Source: Dehalococcoidia bacterium (GTDB taxonomy: Bacteria; Chloroflexota; Dehalococcoidia; Lucifugimonadales; HRBIN23). From it: 64,000 bases of DNA. Positions 1-8,554 of this stretch are shown in pieces (positions within the stretch are counted from its first letter, which is position 1; each line of letters begins with the position of its first letter). The DNA is taken from NCBI GenBank assembly GCA_046294495.1, contig JBKBKV010000003.1, positions 5,460-69,459 of the forward strand. Reading direction: 5' to 3'. The translations under genes were made by a program, and so were the position numbers. A model generated the notes under the pieces. That model did no database searches. It was not told where the DNA came from and worked only from the letters and a program-made list of their open reading frames with translations.

Positions 1-1134
1 CTGGAAGAAGACACCCTGCATGGGCAGATGGAAGCCTGGGATGGCGGCGAGCAGGCGAGCGGCGTAGTGTGCCTTTTGCCATACCAGTTCCGCCACCTTC
101 CGCAGGCCGCGCTTGCCCAAGGATGCCAGATATATGGCTACCCATGTGGCGATAAGGGCTTCCGAGGTGCAGATGTTGCTGGTGGCTTTCTCTCGCCGAA
201 TGTGCTGTTCACGGGTCTGAAGGGTAAGGACATACCCCGTGCGCCCCTGGGCATCCACCGTCTTACCCACCACACGCCCAGGCATCTGGCGCAGGTAGCG
301 CTCCCGGCAGGCAAAGAGGCCCACATAAGGCCCCCCGTAGGATAGGGGAACGCCCAGCCCCTGGCACTCCCCGGTAACGATGTCCGCTCCGTAGTGGCCC
401 GGGGGCTTGAAGAGGGCGCACGCCAGGGGGTCGGCACTGACTACCAGAAGGGCACCCTGAGAGTGGGCGGCCTGGGCCAGGGCCTGCAGGTCCTCTATGT
501 AGCCGAAGAAGTTGGGCCACTGAACAATAAGACAGGCTGTCTGACCGTCTACCCGTGGTGCAGAGGCGGTGGTGGTGGACAGGGTAAGGCCCTGGGGGAG
601 GGTGTAGGTCTCCACTACCTCCCTGTAGCGGGGGTTCAGGGTGTTCAGTAGGGCGATATGGGTGCGCCCTGTTACCCGGCAGGCCATCAGGGCCGCCTCT
701 GCCAGGGCAGAGGCCCCATCATACACGCCGGCGTTGGCCACATCCATCCCGGTGAGCAGGCAGACCATGCTCTGGAACTCGTAGGTGGCCTGGAGGGTGC
801 CCTGGGAGACCTCGGGCTGGTAGGGGGTGTAGGAGGTGAGGAACTCCCCGCGGCTGGCCAGCGCCCGCACGACTGCTGGGATAAACCGCCGATAGGCCCC
901 TGCCCCCAGGAAGCAGGCATAGGGACCAGGGGTGATGTTCTCGTTGGCCAGGGCCTCCAGTTCTCGGCGCAGGTCCATCTCCGCTAGGGGAGGGGGAAGG
1001 TTCAGAGGGGGGTTGCGGTAGGCGGGAGGGATGTCGGCGAACAACTCTTCTGCCGAGGAGACGCCGATGGCCTGGAGCATCTCCTGGCGCTGTTCAGGGG
1101 TTAGGGGCAGGTAGGGGTGGGAAAAGGTGGTCAT
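1..1134 (-). CDS. gcvPA: Glycine dehydrogenase (decarboxylating) subunit 1, GcvPA; 3' end runs off the window
   Basis: Absent from the ORF track because it runs off the edge. My translation of the minus strand from ATG at 1134 gives MTTFSHPYLPLTPEQRQEMLQAIGVSSAEELFADIPPAYRNPP..., a typical GcvPA N-terminus. Lies directly downstream of gcvT-gcvH. Confidence 0.85.
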   Translation of the reverse strand, partial: MTTFSHPYLPLTPEQRQEMLQAIGVSSAEELFADIPPAYRNPPLNLPPPLAEMDLRRELEALANENITPGPYACFLGAGAYRRFIPAVVRALASRGEFLTSYTPYQPEVSQGTLQATYEFQSMVCLLTGMDVANAGVYDGASALAEAALMACRVTGRTHIALLNTLNPRYREVVETYTLPQGLTLSTTTASAPRVDGQTACLIVQWPNFFGYIEDLQALAQAAHSQGALLVVSADPLACALFKPPGHYGADIVTGECQGLGVPLSYGGPYVGLFACRERYLRQMPGRVVGKTVDAQGRTGYVLTLQTREQHIRREKATSNICTSEALIATWVAIYLASLGKRGLRKVAELVWQKAHYAARLLAAIPGFHLPMQGVFFQ

Positions 1135-1155
1135 GGGCGCTCCTTCAGACATAGG

Positions 1156-1566
1156 CTATCCCTTGGCCGCCAAATAGGCCTCATACTCCTGGGCGGTCAA
1201 CAGGGAGCCCAGCTCCTTCAGGTCGGCTGGGCGCAGTTTGATGAGCCATCCCTTCCCGTAGGGGTCGGCGTTCACCACCTCTGGGTGTTCCACCGCCTCC
1301 CGGTTCACTTCCACCACCTCCCCACTCAAAGGGGAGAACAGGTCCGACACTGCCTTCACCGATTCCACCTCCCCCATCTTCCCCATCTGGGTAAGGTGTG
1401 TGCCCGGCTGGGGCACATTCAGAAAGACGACATCCCCTAACTGGTCCTGGGCGAAGAAAGTGATGCCCACCACCGCTATCCCGTCCTCCTGAAGGCGCAC
1501 CCATTCGTGCTCTCGGGTGTAGCGCAGGTCGGATGGGTAGTAGGGCTTGCGCTCCGCAGGGGTCAT
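1156..1566 (-). CDS. gcvH: Glycine cleavage system H protein (lipoyl carrier)
   Basis: 136 aa. Contains YTREHEWV and the lipoyl-lysine context GEVESVKAVSD, and ends in DPYGKGWLIKL. Sits between gcvT and gcvPA. Confidence 0.95.
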   Translation of the reverse strand: MTPAERKPYYPSDLRYTREHEWVRLQEDGIAVVGITFFAQDQLGDVVFLNVPQPGTHLTQMGKMGEVESVKAVSDLFSPLSGEVVEVNREAVEHPEVVNADPYGKGWLIKLRPADLKELGSLLTAQEYEAYLAAKG

Positions 1567-1577
1567 CGCCAGCCTCC

Positions 1578-2696
1578 TTAGCGACTCTGTGAGGGGCGCC
1601 GGGCGTAGAAGGGGAGGGTTACAACCTCTCCACGCACCCGCCGCCCTCGTATATCCACTTCTATGGTGGTGCCCGGCTGGGCACAGGGTGTGGCCACATA
1701 GCCCATGCCGATGTCTCTCCCCAGAGTGGGGGAGAACCCTCCGCTGGTTACAGCGCCCACAACCTTTCCATCACACAGTATAGGGTAGCCGTGGCGGGGG
1801 ATGCCCCGTTCCCGCAGGATAAACCCCACCAGCCGGCGCTGGATACCCAGTCCCTGCTGGGCCAAAAGGGCCTCCCGTCCTATAAATCCTTCCCGCTTCA
1901 GGTCCACGAAACGCTCCAGGCCTGCTTCCAGGGGAGTGGTGGCTGGGTCTATGTCTGTGCCGTGGAGCATCAGCCCCGCCTCTAGGCGCAGAATATCCCT
2001 TGCCCCCAGGCCGCAGGGCTGTGCCCCTAGCGCCACCAGCCCCCTCCACAGGGCCACCCCCCCCTGGGCGGGAAGGATAAACTCCACCCCGTCCTCCCCG
2101 GTGTAGCCAGTGCGCCCGATGAGTGCGGGGTAGGTCTGCCCACCCACCGAAAGGTGGCCTTCCCATACGCCAAAGGGGCGCAGGCCCTCCACCGGGGCCA
2201 GGGAGGCCGCTTTCCAGAAGGCCAGGGGGCCTTGAAAAGCCACCATAGCCGTTTGCAGGGTAGTGTCTGTTACAGACATAGGGGGAAAACCCGCCACCCA
2301 CCGCTGTATCCACTCCACCACGGCCAGGCGGTTGGCGGCATTGCACACCAGCAGGTAGCGGTCATCCCCCGTGCGGTAAAGAACGGTGTCATCAATAATA
2401 CCCCCCTGCTGGTTTAGCAGGAAGCCGTAGCGTGCGCGCCCGGGGCGCATGTCCAAAGCGTCTTGGGTGAGCAGGCGTGCGAGGAGGGGGCCTGCCCCAG
2501 GCCCCTCCAGGCGGATGCGCCCCATGTGGGAGACATCAAAGATACCACAAGCGGTGCGCACTGCCTCCACCTCGGCCAGGATGCCCCTATATTGCAGGGG
2601 CATCTCCCAACCGGCGAAGGGGACCATCCTGGCCCCCAGGGCCAGATGCTCTCTATACAGGCAGGTGTGCAGAAGGGAAGGTGGGGCCTCACTCAC
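1578..2696 (-). CDS. gcvT: Aminomethyltransferase, glycine cleavage T protein
   Basis: 372 aa. LYREHLALGARMVPFAGWEMPLQY and FDVSHMGRIRLEG are typical GcvT motifs. GTG start with an AGGAG Shine-Dalgarno 8 nt upstream. Confidence 0.95.
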   Translation of the reverse strand: MSEAPPSLLHTCLYREHLALGARMVPFAGWEMPLQYRGILAEVEAVRTACGIFDVSHMGRIRLEGPGAGPLLARLLTQDALDMRPGRARYGFLLNQQGGIIDDTVLYRTGDDRYLLVCNAANRLAVVEWIQRWVAGFPPMSVTDTTLQTAMVAFQGPLAFWKAASLAPVEGLRPFGVWEGHLSVGGQTYPALIGRTGYTGEDGVEFILPAQGGVALWRGLVALGAQPCGLGARDILRLEAGLMLHGTDIDPATTPLEAGLERFVDLKREGFIGREALLAQQGLGIQRRLVGFILRERGIPRHGYPILCDGKVVGAVTSGGFSPTLGRDIGMGYVATPCAQPGTTIEVDIRGRRVRGEVVTLPFYARRPSQSR

Positions 2697-2837
2697 GAGC
2701 GCGCTCCTGACGGCAATTTAGTGTAGCGTAACCCTGGTGTAGGGGGGTGTCAAGGCACGGAGACTTGTCCAAGTATCCTCGCCTGCGCTTTTGGGCACAT
2801 CCTTCCATCCCTACCCCCTCCCTCGTCTGGAGGGGGT

Positions 2838-4112
2838 TTAGGGGTGCCATGGTAAGTGGGGTGTGGGCAGGCTCATCTGCACCCGGTGGTATGCCCACTG
2901 CGCCGCTACCCGCACCGCCTTGGGCCACAGGGAGAGGGGGAGGAAGCGGAAGGCTGCCCCCAGGAGTTGGGGGCGTAACAGTTGCGTAAAGGCGCGTCCA
3001 GGGAAGTCTATGTCCCCATAGTCGCGGATAACGGTGGCCAGGTGTTGGTGGCCCAATAGCCGCAGGGCCATAGCCAGTTCGTTGGGGGTTAGGCTCAGGA
3101 ACAGGCGGCGCAGAACAGCTGCCATTCGCACCTCCCTCCCCAGGTGGGCGTTCCACCAGCGCTGGTAGGGGGCTAGGGCACGGGCCGAGCAGTCTCCACG
3201 ACCCAGTGCCTCGGCCGCCACCGTTGCACACCATTGGGCTGCCATAACGCTCGTGTAAATTCCCCCTCCAGAGGAGGGCTTTACCTGCCGGCCTGCATCG
3301 CCCACCAGCATCACCCGGTCGCCCACCAGGGGGCTGGGGACGGCCGGCGCCAGGGGGATTACACCCCCTTGCAGGCGGAGCACCTTTGCCCCCCGCAATG
3401 GTGGGAAATCCTCCAGCAAGTGTTGTAGTAGGCGGCGTGGGTTTACACCCCGGCAGGATGTCCCCACCCCGATGCGGGCTATGCCGTCGCCTGCCGGGAT
3501 GGCCCACCCGAACCAGCCCGGGAAGGTATATGGGTCCAGGGCTACATAGACAAGGGAAGGGTCTAGCCCCTGCACTGCCACCTCGCCCCCCATGGCGTAG
3601 ACAACCTCCTTAGGAGCAGCAAGTGGGGCCGAGCGGCTTACCACCGAGCGAGAGCCATCGGCCCCGACCACCAGGCGGCAGACCACCTCCTCCTCTTTAC
3701 CGTTCCTGCGGAGGCGTAGGCGGAGCATCCCCGTGCCGTTGCGCTCTATCCCTGTGGCGCGGGCACCCGTGAGAAGATGGGCGCCTGCTTCTTGGGCCTG
3801 CTGGGCCAGGGCCACATCCAGCCCCACCCGATCAATAACCAGGGCCTTGGGCTGGGGAGCCACCAGGGATAGCACAACGCCATCTGGCCCATACGCCACT
3901 ACCCCACGCATCTGCCCTTGCACAAGACTAGCCGAAGCGTTGGCGGCCTCCAGGGTGCGAGGGGTAACCAGGCCGGAGCAGTGGCAGGGATGGCCTACCT
4001 GGAGGTGCTCCTCCAGGAGGAGCACCCGAAAGGAGCGCTGGGCCAGCAAGCGGGCAACAGTGGAGCCGGCCGGCCCAGCGCCCACCACCACCACATCAAA
4101 GGTTAGGGACAC
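2838..4112 (-). CDS. FAD-dependent oxidoreductase, geranylgeranyl reductase family
   Basis: 424 aa. N-terminal Rossmann motif DVVVVGAGPAGSTVARLLA followed by CHCSGLV. Length and layout fit the GGR/FixC-like family. Starts 9 nt downstream of the ICL/PEPM gene, so probably co-transcribed. Confidence 0.75.
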   Translation of the reverse strand: MSLTFDVVVVGAGPAGSTVARLLAQRSFRVLLLEEHLQVGHPCHCSGLVTPRTLEAANASASLVQGQMRGVVAYGPDGVVLSLVAPQPKALVIDRVGLDVALAQQAQEAGAHLLTGARATGIERNGTGMLRLRLRRNGKEEEVVCRLVVGADGSRSVVSRSAPLAAPKEVVYAMGGEVAVQGLDPSLVYVALDPYTFPGWFGWAIPAGDGIARIGVGTSCRGVNPRRLLQHLLEDFPPLRGAKVLRLQGGVIPLAPAVPSPLVGDRVMLVGDAGRQVKPSSGGGIYTSVMAAQWCATVAAEALGRGDCSARALAPYQRWWNAHLGREVRMAAVLRRLFLSLTPNELAMALRLLGHQHLATVIRDYGDIDFPGRAFTQLLRPQLLGAAFRFLPLSLWPKAVRVAAQWAYHRVQMSLPTPHLPWHP

Positions 4113-4121
4113 CGCTGGCGA

Positions 4122-5003
4122 CTACCTGCGTCGTGGGGTTGGCGATGGGGCCGGGGTGATGTCTGACACGCCGTAGCGGCGCTCCATTTCGTATATCTGG
4201 GGTAGGCCCAGCAGGCCAGTAACCTCGTCCCGGATCACACTCATCCATGGTATATCCACTGTTCCCTTCCGCTTCAACTGAGTAAAGGCGTCCATCACTG
4301 CCCTGTAGACGACGCCAATGGTCGCCCCGGCGATCATCACCTTGAAGCCCATCCGCTCCACCTCTTTGGCGGGGCGAAGCATGCCGTTATAGAGTTTGGG
4401 GATGTCGGGCAGTTCCCGGGCGTAGGTCTCCAGGTCCTCCTGGGTGCGGATGCCATCCACGAAAACCAGGTCGGCTCCCGCCTGGTAATAGGCTCTACAT
4501 CGGCGGATCGTGTCATCCCAGCCGTTGACGGCAAGGGCGTCGGTGCGGGCGACGATAACGAAGTCTTTGTCCCGACGGGCGTCCAGGGCGGCGCGGATCT
4601 TCTGCACATGCTCCTCCAGGGGCACAACCTGCTTGCCCTCAAAGAAGCCGCACTTCTTGGGGAAGACCTGGTCTTCAATGTGGATGCCGGCTACCCCTAC
4701 CCCCTCGTATTCCCTTACCGTGCGCCACACATTGATGGGGTTGCCGTAGCCTGTGTCGGCGTCGCACAGCACAGGGATGTCCACCGCCCCAGCGATGTAT
4801 TTGGCGTTCTGCACCATCTCTGTCTGGGTTACCAGGCCCACATCGGGGTAGCCCCGGGCGGCGGCGGTGCCGAAGCCTGTCATATACAGGAGGCGGAAGC
4901 CTACCGCCTGGGCGATTTTGGCCTGGTAGGCGTCAAATACAAAGGGCGCCAGGGCAAGGCCAGGACGCTTCAGGAGCCTGCGGAAGCGAGTGGTCGCCTT
5001 CAA
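4122..5003 (-). CDS. Isocitrate lyase/PEP mutase family enzyme (2-methylisocitrate lyase, dimethylmalate lyase or carboxyPEP-mutase-like)
   Basis: 293 aa. Contains DADTGYGNP, GIHIEDQVFPKKCG and ARTDA, the hallmarks of the ICL/PEPM superfamily. TTG start with a GGAGG Shine-Dalgarno. Confidence 0.85.
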   Translation of the reverse strand: MKATTRFRRLLKRPGLALAPFVFDAYQAKIAQAVGFRLLYMTGFGTAAARGYPDVGLVTQTEMVQNAKYIAGAVDIPVLCDADTGYGNPINVWRTVREYEGVGVAGIHIEDQVFPKKCGFFEGKQVVPLEEHVQKIRAALDARRDKDFVIVARTDALAVNGWDDTIRRCRAYYQAGADLVFVDGIRTQEDLETYARELPDIPKLYNGMLRPAKEVERMGFKVMIAGATIGVVYRAVMDAFTQLKRKGTVDIPWMSVIRDEVTGLLGLPQIYEMERRYGVSDITPAPSPTPRRR

Positions 5004-5014
5004 GGGTGCCTCCT

Positions 5015-5536
5015 TTAGGTTGCCGATTTCCCCTGGGTTAGACGAGCCTTCAGGTAGTTATCCAGCCCCCCGGCCATGAGGATCTGGTAAGGGGGGCTAT
5101 CTTTGGGCAGAGGTTCTGCCCCCAGTTCAAGCCCCTTGGTGAGGTTGCGGATCCGCCCGCTCTCCACATCTACCTCGGCCGTGTCCCCCTCCTCAAAGGC
5201 CTGGGAGACCCCAGGGCAGATAAGGACGGGGAAACCGATGTGGATGCTATTGCGGAAGAATAGGCGGGAGGTGGAGTCGGCCACCACGCAGGCGATGCCT
5301 AGCGCCTTAAGCATACGCGCCGCCGGCCTGCTGGAGCCACACCCAAAGTTGCGCCCCGCCACGATGATATCGCCAGGCTTCACCTGCTGTGCCCAGCCTG
5401 GGCGGTTGGCCTCCATACAGTATTGGGCCGCCTCTATGTCGGATATGCCGGGGCGAGCCAGCACCCTGGAGCCAGGCATCATCAGGTCGGTGCTAATGTT
5501 GTCTCCAAACTTCCACACCTTGCCCTGGAAGCGCAT
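5015..5536 (-). CDS. Aconitase-family hydro-lyase small subunit (LeuD/HacB/DmdB-like)
   Basis: 173 aa. GKVWKFGDNISTDLMMPG and AGRNFGCGSSR are typical short LeuD-type swivel-domain motifs. Confidence 0.85.
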   Translation of the reverse strand: MRFQGKVWKFGDNISTDLMMPGSRVLARPGISDIEAAQYCMEANRPGWAQQVKPGDIIVAGRNFGCGSSRPAARMLKALGIACVVADSTSRLFFRNSIHIGFPVLICPGVSQAFEEGDTAEVDVESGRIRNLTKGLELGAEPLPKDSPPYQILMAGGLDNYLKARLTQGKSAT

Positions 5537-5546
5537 AGCCCTCTCC

Positions 5547-6815
5547 TTATAGGAACTCCCTAGGGTCGGTGATATATCCCGTTACCGCCGAGGCGGCCAC
5601 GGTGGCTGGGTTAGCCAAGTAGACGAACGCCTTGGGGCTCCCCATGCGTCCCTGGAAGTTGCGGTTAGAGGAGGAGATACATACCTCCCCATCCCCCATA
5701 ACGCCCATATGCATGCCTGGGCATGGGCCGCAGGTGCTGCTGGTGATAAGGGCGCCCGCCTCGGCCAACACCTGCCAGATGCCCCCCTCCATGCACTCCC
5801 TCCACACCGCCTGGGAGGCGGGGGTGCAGATAAGGCGCACATCGGGGTGCACCTGCCTACCCTTCAAGATGCGCGCCGCCATGCGGAAGTCCTCCACCCG
5901 CCCGTTGGTGCAGGAGCCGATGAAGGCCTGGTCAATCTTCACCCTCTCCCTGGCCACCTGGTCTACAGGGGCGCTGTTGCCAGGGTCGTGTGGGCGGGCC
6001 ACATACGGGGGCAGGTTGGTGAGGTCTATGGTATAGGTCGCCTCGTAGTGGGCATCAGGGTCGGGGCTGACAGGGCGAGGCTCCCGTCTCATCTTCCCTT
6101 TCAGGTAGTCCAGGGTGTGTTGGTCGCAGGGGAAGATGGCGAACTTGGCACCAATCTCCACCCCCATATTGGCTATGGAGAACCGCCCGGGCATGGTGAT
6201 GCTGGCCACCCCTGGGCCTACAAACTCCGCAGACTTGTAGAGGGCCACATCGGTGCCATATATGCCGGCGATATGCAGAATAACATCCTTCCCCACAACA
6301 AACTGGTCGGGGCCCGGCAAGCGCCCCGTTAGCACGAAGCGGATGCTCTCCGGCACGCGAAGCCATACCTCCCCTGTGGCCAGCACCAGGGGGAGTTCCT
6401 CGTTGATGGGGCAGGAGGCCACATTGAAACACCCATAAGAAGTAGAGTGGGAGTCGATGGAGGCGATGAAGTCGCCAGGGGCGATGTAGCCGTGATCGGG
6501 GAAGAGTTGGTGAAGGATGCCGTGGCGCCCCCACTCAAAGAAGTGGGAGATGCCAAACTCCTTGACGAACTTGCGCATCTCCACGGCGGCGTTGGCGGCG
6601 TCCACAGACGGGGGTGGTGCCAGGTGGTCTTCAGTAACATACACGCGGTCCGGGTCCCACACCCGTTCCACGCCCAAGGAGCGCAGACGGGCGCGCAGCC
6701 CCCTAGCCCCGATGACAGCGGTGCCATCTACCTTAGCCCAGATATACTCCCCTGGCTTCACCCGGGGGCGGCCCGAGGCCCGTGCCAGGATTTTCTCTGC
6801 CATTGTTGCGCCCAT
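5547..6815 (-). CDS. Aconitase-family hydro-lyase large subunit (LeuC/HacA/DmdA-like), Fe-S
   Basis: 422 aa. MAEKILARASG N-terminus, IGSCTNGR and STCGPCPG cluster-ligand motifs, and SSSNRNFQGRMG. The true start may be the second Met, at 6803. Confidence 0.9.
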   Translation of the reverse strand: MGATMAEKILARASGRPRVKPGEYIWAKVDGTAVIGARGLRARLRSLGVERVWDPDRVYVTEDHLAPPPSVDAANAAVEMRKFVKEFGISHFFEWGRHGILHQLFPDHGYIAPGDFIASIDSHSTSYGCFNVASCPINEELPLVLATGEVWLRVPESIRFVLTGRLPGPDQFVVGKDVILHIAGIYGTDVALYKSAEFVGPGVASITMPGRFSIANMGVEIGAKFAIFPCDQHTLDYLKGKMRREPRPVSPDPDAHYEATYTIDLTNLPPYVARPHDPGNSAPVDQVARERVKIDQAFIGSCTNGRVEDFRMAARILKGRQVHPDVRLICTPASQAVWRECMEGGIWQVLAEAGALITSSTCGPCPGMHMGVMGDGEVCISSSNRNFQGRMGSPKAFVYLANPATVAASAVTGYITDPREFL

Positions 6816-6942
6816 TCCGCCTTTTCCCTCCCCTTTAGAGTAGGGCTTGCCGTAACCCGCTAGGCAGGGCCAGCCCCGCCACGATTGTGGCCGAAGGGGG
6901 TGTATCTGTCAAGGGCTGGGGCGCATCCCCCGGGCTCGGAGC

Positions 6943-6979
6943 GGGCTTCTGGTTGCCTTATACTAGGGGCCAGAAGCCC
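6943..6979. promoter_or_regulatory. Perfect 10-bp inverted repeat (GGGCTTCTGG N17 CCAGAAGCCC) 22 nt upstream of the SDR start
   Basis: Read directly from the sequence: arms at 6943-6952 and 6970-6979. The 17-nt loop contains TTGCCTTATACT. Function (operator or 5' UTR hairpin) is unknown. Confidence 0.5.
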
Positions 6980-7001
6980 TATAGATAGGGAGGAGGCATA
7001 T

Positions 7002-7766
7002 ATGCGTTTGGCTGGACGCTGCGCCCTGGTAACCGGTGGCTCCAGGGGGGTGGGGCGTGGGGTGGCCTTGGTGCTGGCCCAGAATGGGGCTGATGTGGCC
7101 ATCCTCTACCGACGGGATAGGGATGCCGCGCACGAAACCGTGCAGGCCATCCGTGCCCTGGGCCGACGCGCTGAAGCCTTTCAGGCCGATGTGTCCGACT
7201 TTGCCCAGGTCAAGGAGGCGTTGCCACGGGCTATTGAGTTCTTGGGCAAGGTGGATATCCTGGTGAACAATGCGGGCATAGCCTCCCGGGGCAACACCCT
7301 GGCCGACACCGATGTGGAGGAGATGCACCGCGTCCTGGGGGTGCACTTCTTCGGGGCGTTCTACTGCACCAAGTTGGTGCTCCCCAGCATGCGCCAGCAA
7401 CCACGGGGCGACATCTTCTTCATCTCCTCCAGAGCCACCCAGAACTTCGCCCCCCGCCATGTGCCATACGCCGCCGCCAAAGCCGCCATGGAGGCCATGG
7501 CCCGTTGTTTGGCCAAGGAGGAAAGGGAGCACAACATCCGTGTGAATGTGGTCGCCCCCGGCTTGGTGGAGACGGAGATGGGGCGCCGTCTGGTGCGTGC
7601 CACCCGGGGCGTGCAGGACATCAAGGAACTCTACCCCCAGATGCCCTTCGGGCGTGTCATCCAGCCGGAGGACATCGGACGCCTTATCGCCTTTCTGGCC
7701 TCCCCGGAGGCGGAACTCATCTCAGGGCAGGTCATCTACATAGACGGAGGGGGCATGGCCGGCTGA
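7002..7766 (+). CDS. Short-chain dehydrogenase/reductase (FabG-like)
   Basis: Track ORF 6885..7766 trimmed to ATG 7002, which follows GGGAGGAGG. Contains TGGSRGVGRG, NNAG and the catalytic Y..AAK (YAAAKAA). Confidence 0.85.
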   Translation: MRLAGRCALVTGGSRGVGRGVALVLAQNGADVAILYRRDRDAAHETVQAIRALGRRAEAFQADVSDFAQVKEALPRAIEFLGKVDILVNNAGIASRGNTLADTDVEEMHRVLGVHFFGAFYCTKLVLPSMRQQPRGDIFFISSRATQNFAPRHVPYAAAKAAMEAMARCLAKEEREHNIRVNVVAPGLVETEMGRRLVRATRGVQDIKELYPQMPFGRVIQPEDIGRLIAFLASPEAELISGQVIYIDGGGMAG

Positions 7767-7840
7767 CCCAATATGCCCAGAAATTGGGGGATAGCCCTCT
7801 AGAGTGCATCGGGTAGGGAAAGCCTATAATTCACCTTGCT

Positions 7841-8554
7841 ATGGCTACAATCCTGCTGGTAGACGACGAAGAGGCTGTATTGGAAATGCTGGAGGCCTGC
7901 TGTCAGGAGGCGGGCTACCAGACCCTCACGGCTGTCAACGGCAAGGAGGCCTTGCGGCTCTTCTTCCAGCACCACCCCGACCTCGTGGTGACCGATATCC
8001 GCATGCCCGTGATGGACGGGTTTGAACTCATCTCCCGCATTCGGGAGGTATCAGAGGCCCCTATCATCGTCCTCAGCGCCCTGGGGCGGGAGGAGGAGAA
8101 GGTGCAGGGGCTACGCCTGGGGGCGGATGACTACATCGTGAAACCGGTGGGGATGAAGGAGTTGGCGGCCCGCATAGAGGCGGCCCTGCGCCGTGCCCAA
8201 CTCCCCCCCATTTCCCGCCAGGGGGTCTACACCGATGGGGTGCTCACCATCCATCTGGAGCGCCAAGAGGTGTATGTGCGCGGGCAGAAGGTGAACCTCA
8301 CCCCCAAGGAACTACGCCTGTTAGTATATCTGACGCAGAACGCGGGCAAGGTGGTCCCGGTTCGGGAGCTGCTGGCCAAGGTGTGGGGGTCCACCTACTA
8401 CGCCGAAGAGAGTGTGAAGTGGCACATAGCCAGCCTACGCCGCAAGATAGAAGATAACCCCCACGAGCCACGCCTCATTGTAACCGTGTGGGGGTCAGGC
8501 TACCGCTACGACAGGCCCGCCCCTTCTCTCTCGCCTGTCAGTTCACCCATGTGA
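7841..8554 (+). CDS. OmpR-family response regulator (receiver plus winged helix)
   Basis: 237 aa. Receiver region ILLVDDE...DLVVTDIRMPVMDG, C-terminal TPKELRLLVYL...VWGSGYRY. A TATAAT hexamer at 7825-7830 lies only 10 nt before the ATG with no Shine-Dalgarno between them. Confidence 0.9.
   Translation: MATILLVDDEEAVLEMLEACCQEAGYQTLTAVNGKEALRLFFQHHPDLVVTDIRMPVMDGFELISRIREVSEAPIIVLSALGREEEKVQGLRLGADDYIVKPVGMKELAARIEAALRRAQLPPISRQGVYTDGVLTIHLERQEVYVRGQKVNLTPKELRLLVYLTQNAGKVVPVRELLAKVWGSTYYAEESVKWHIASLRRKIEDNPHEPRLIVTVWGSGYRYDRPAPSLSPVSSPM

Noticed and set aside
2689-3507. 272-aa minus-strand ORF in another frame of the FAD reductase gene, plus many similar Pro/Gly/Arg-rich alternative-frame ORFs throughout the track.
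   Set aside because: The composition is typical of off-frame translation of GC-rich coding DNA. The overlapping frame carries the Rossmann motif and accounts for the region.
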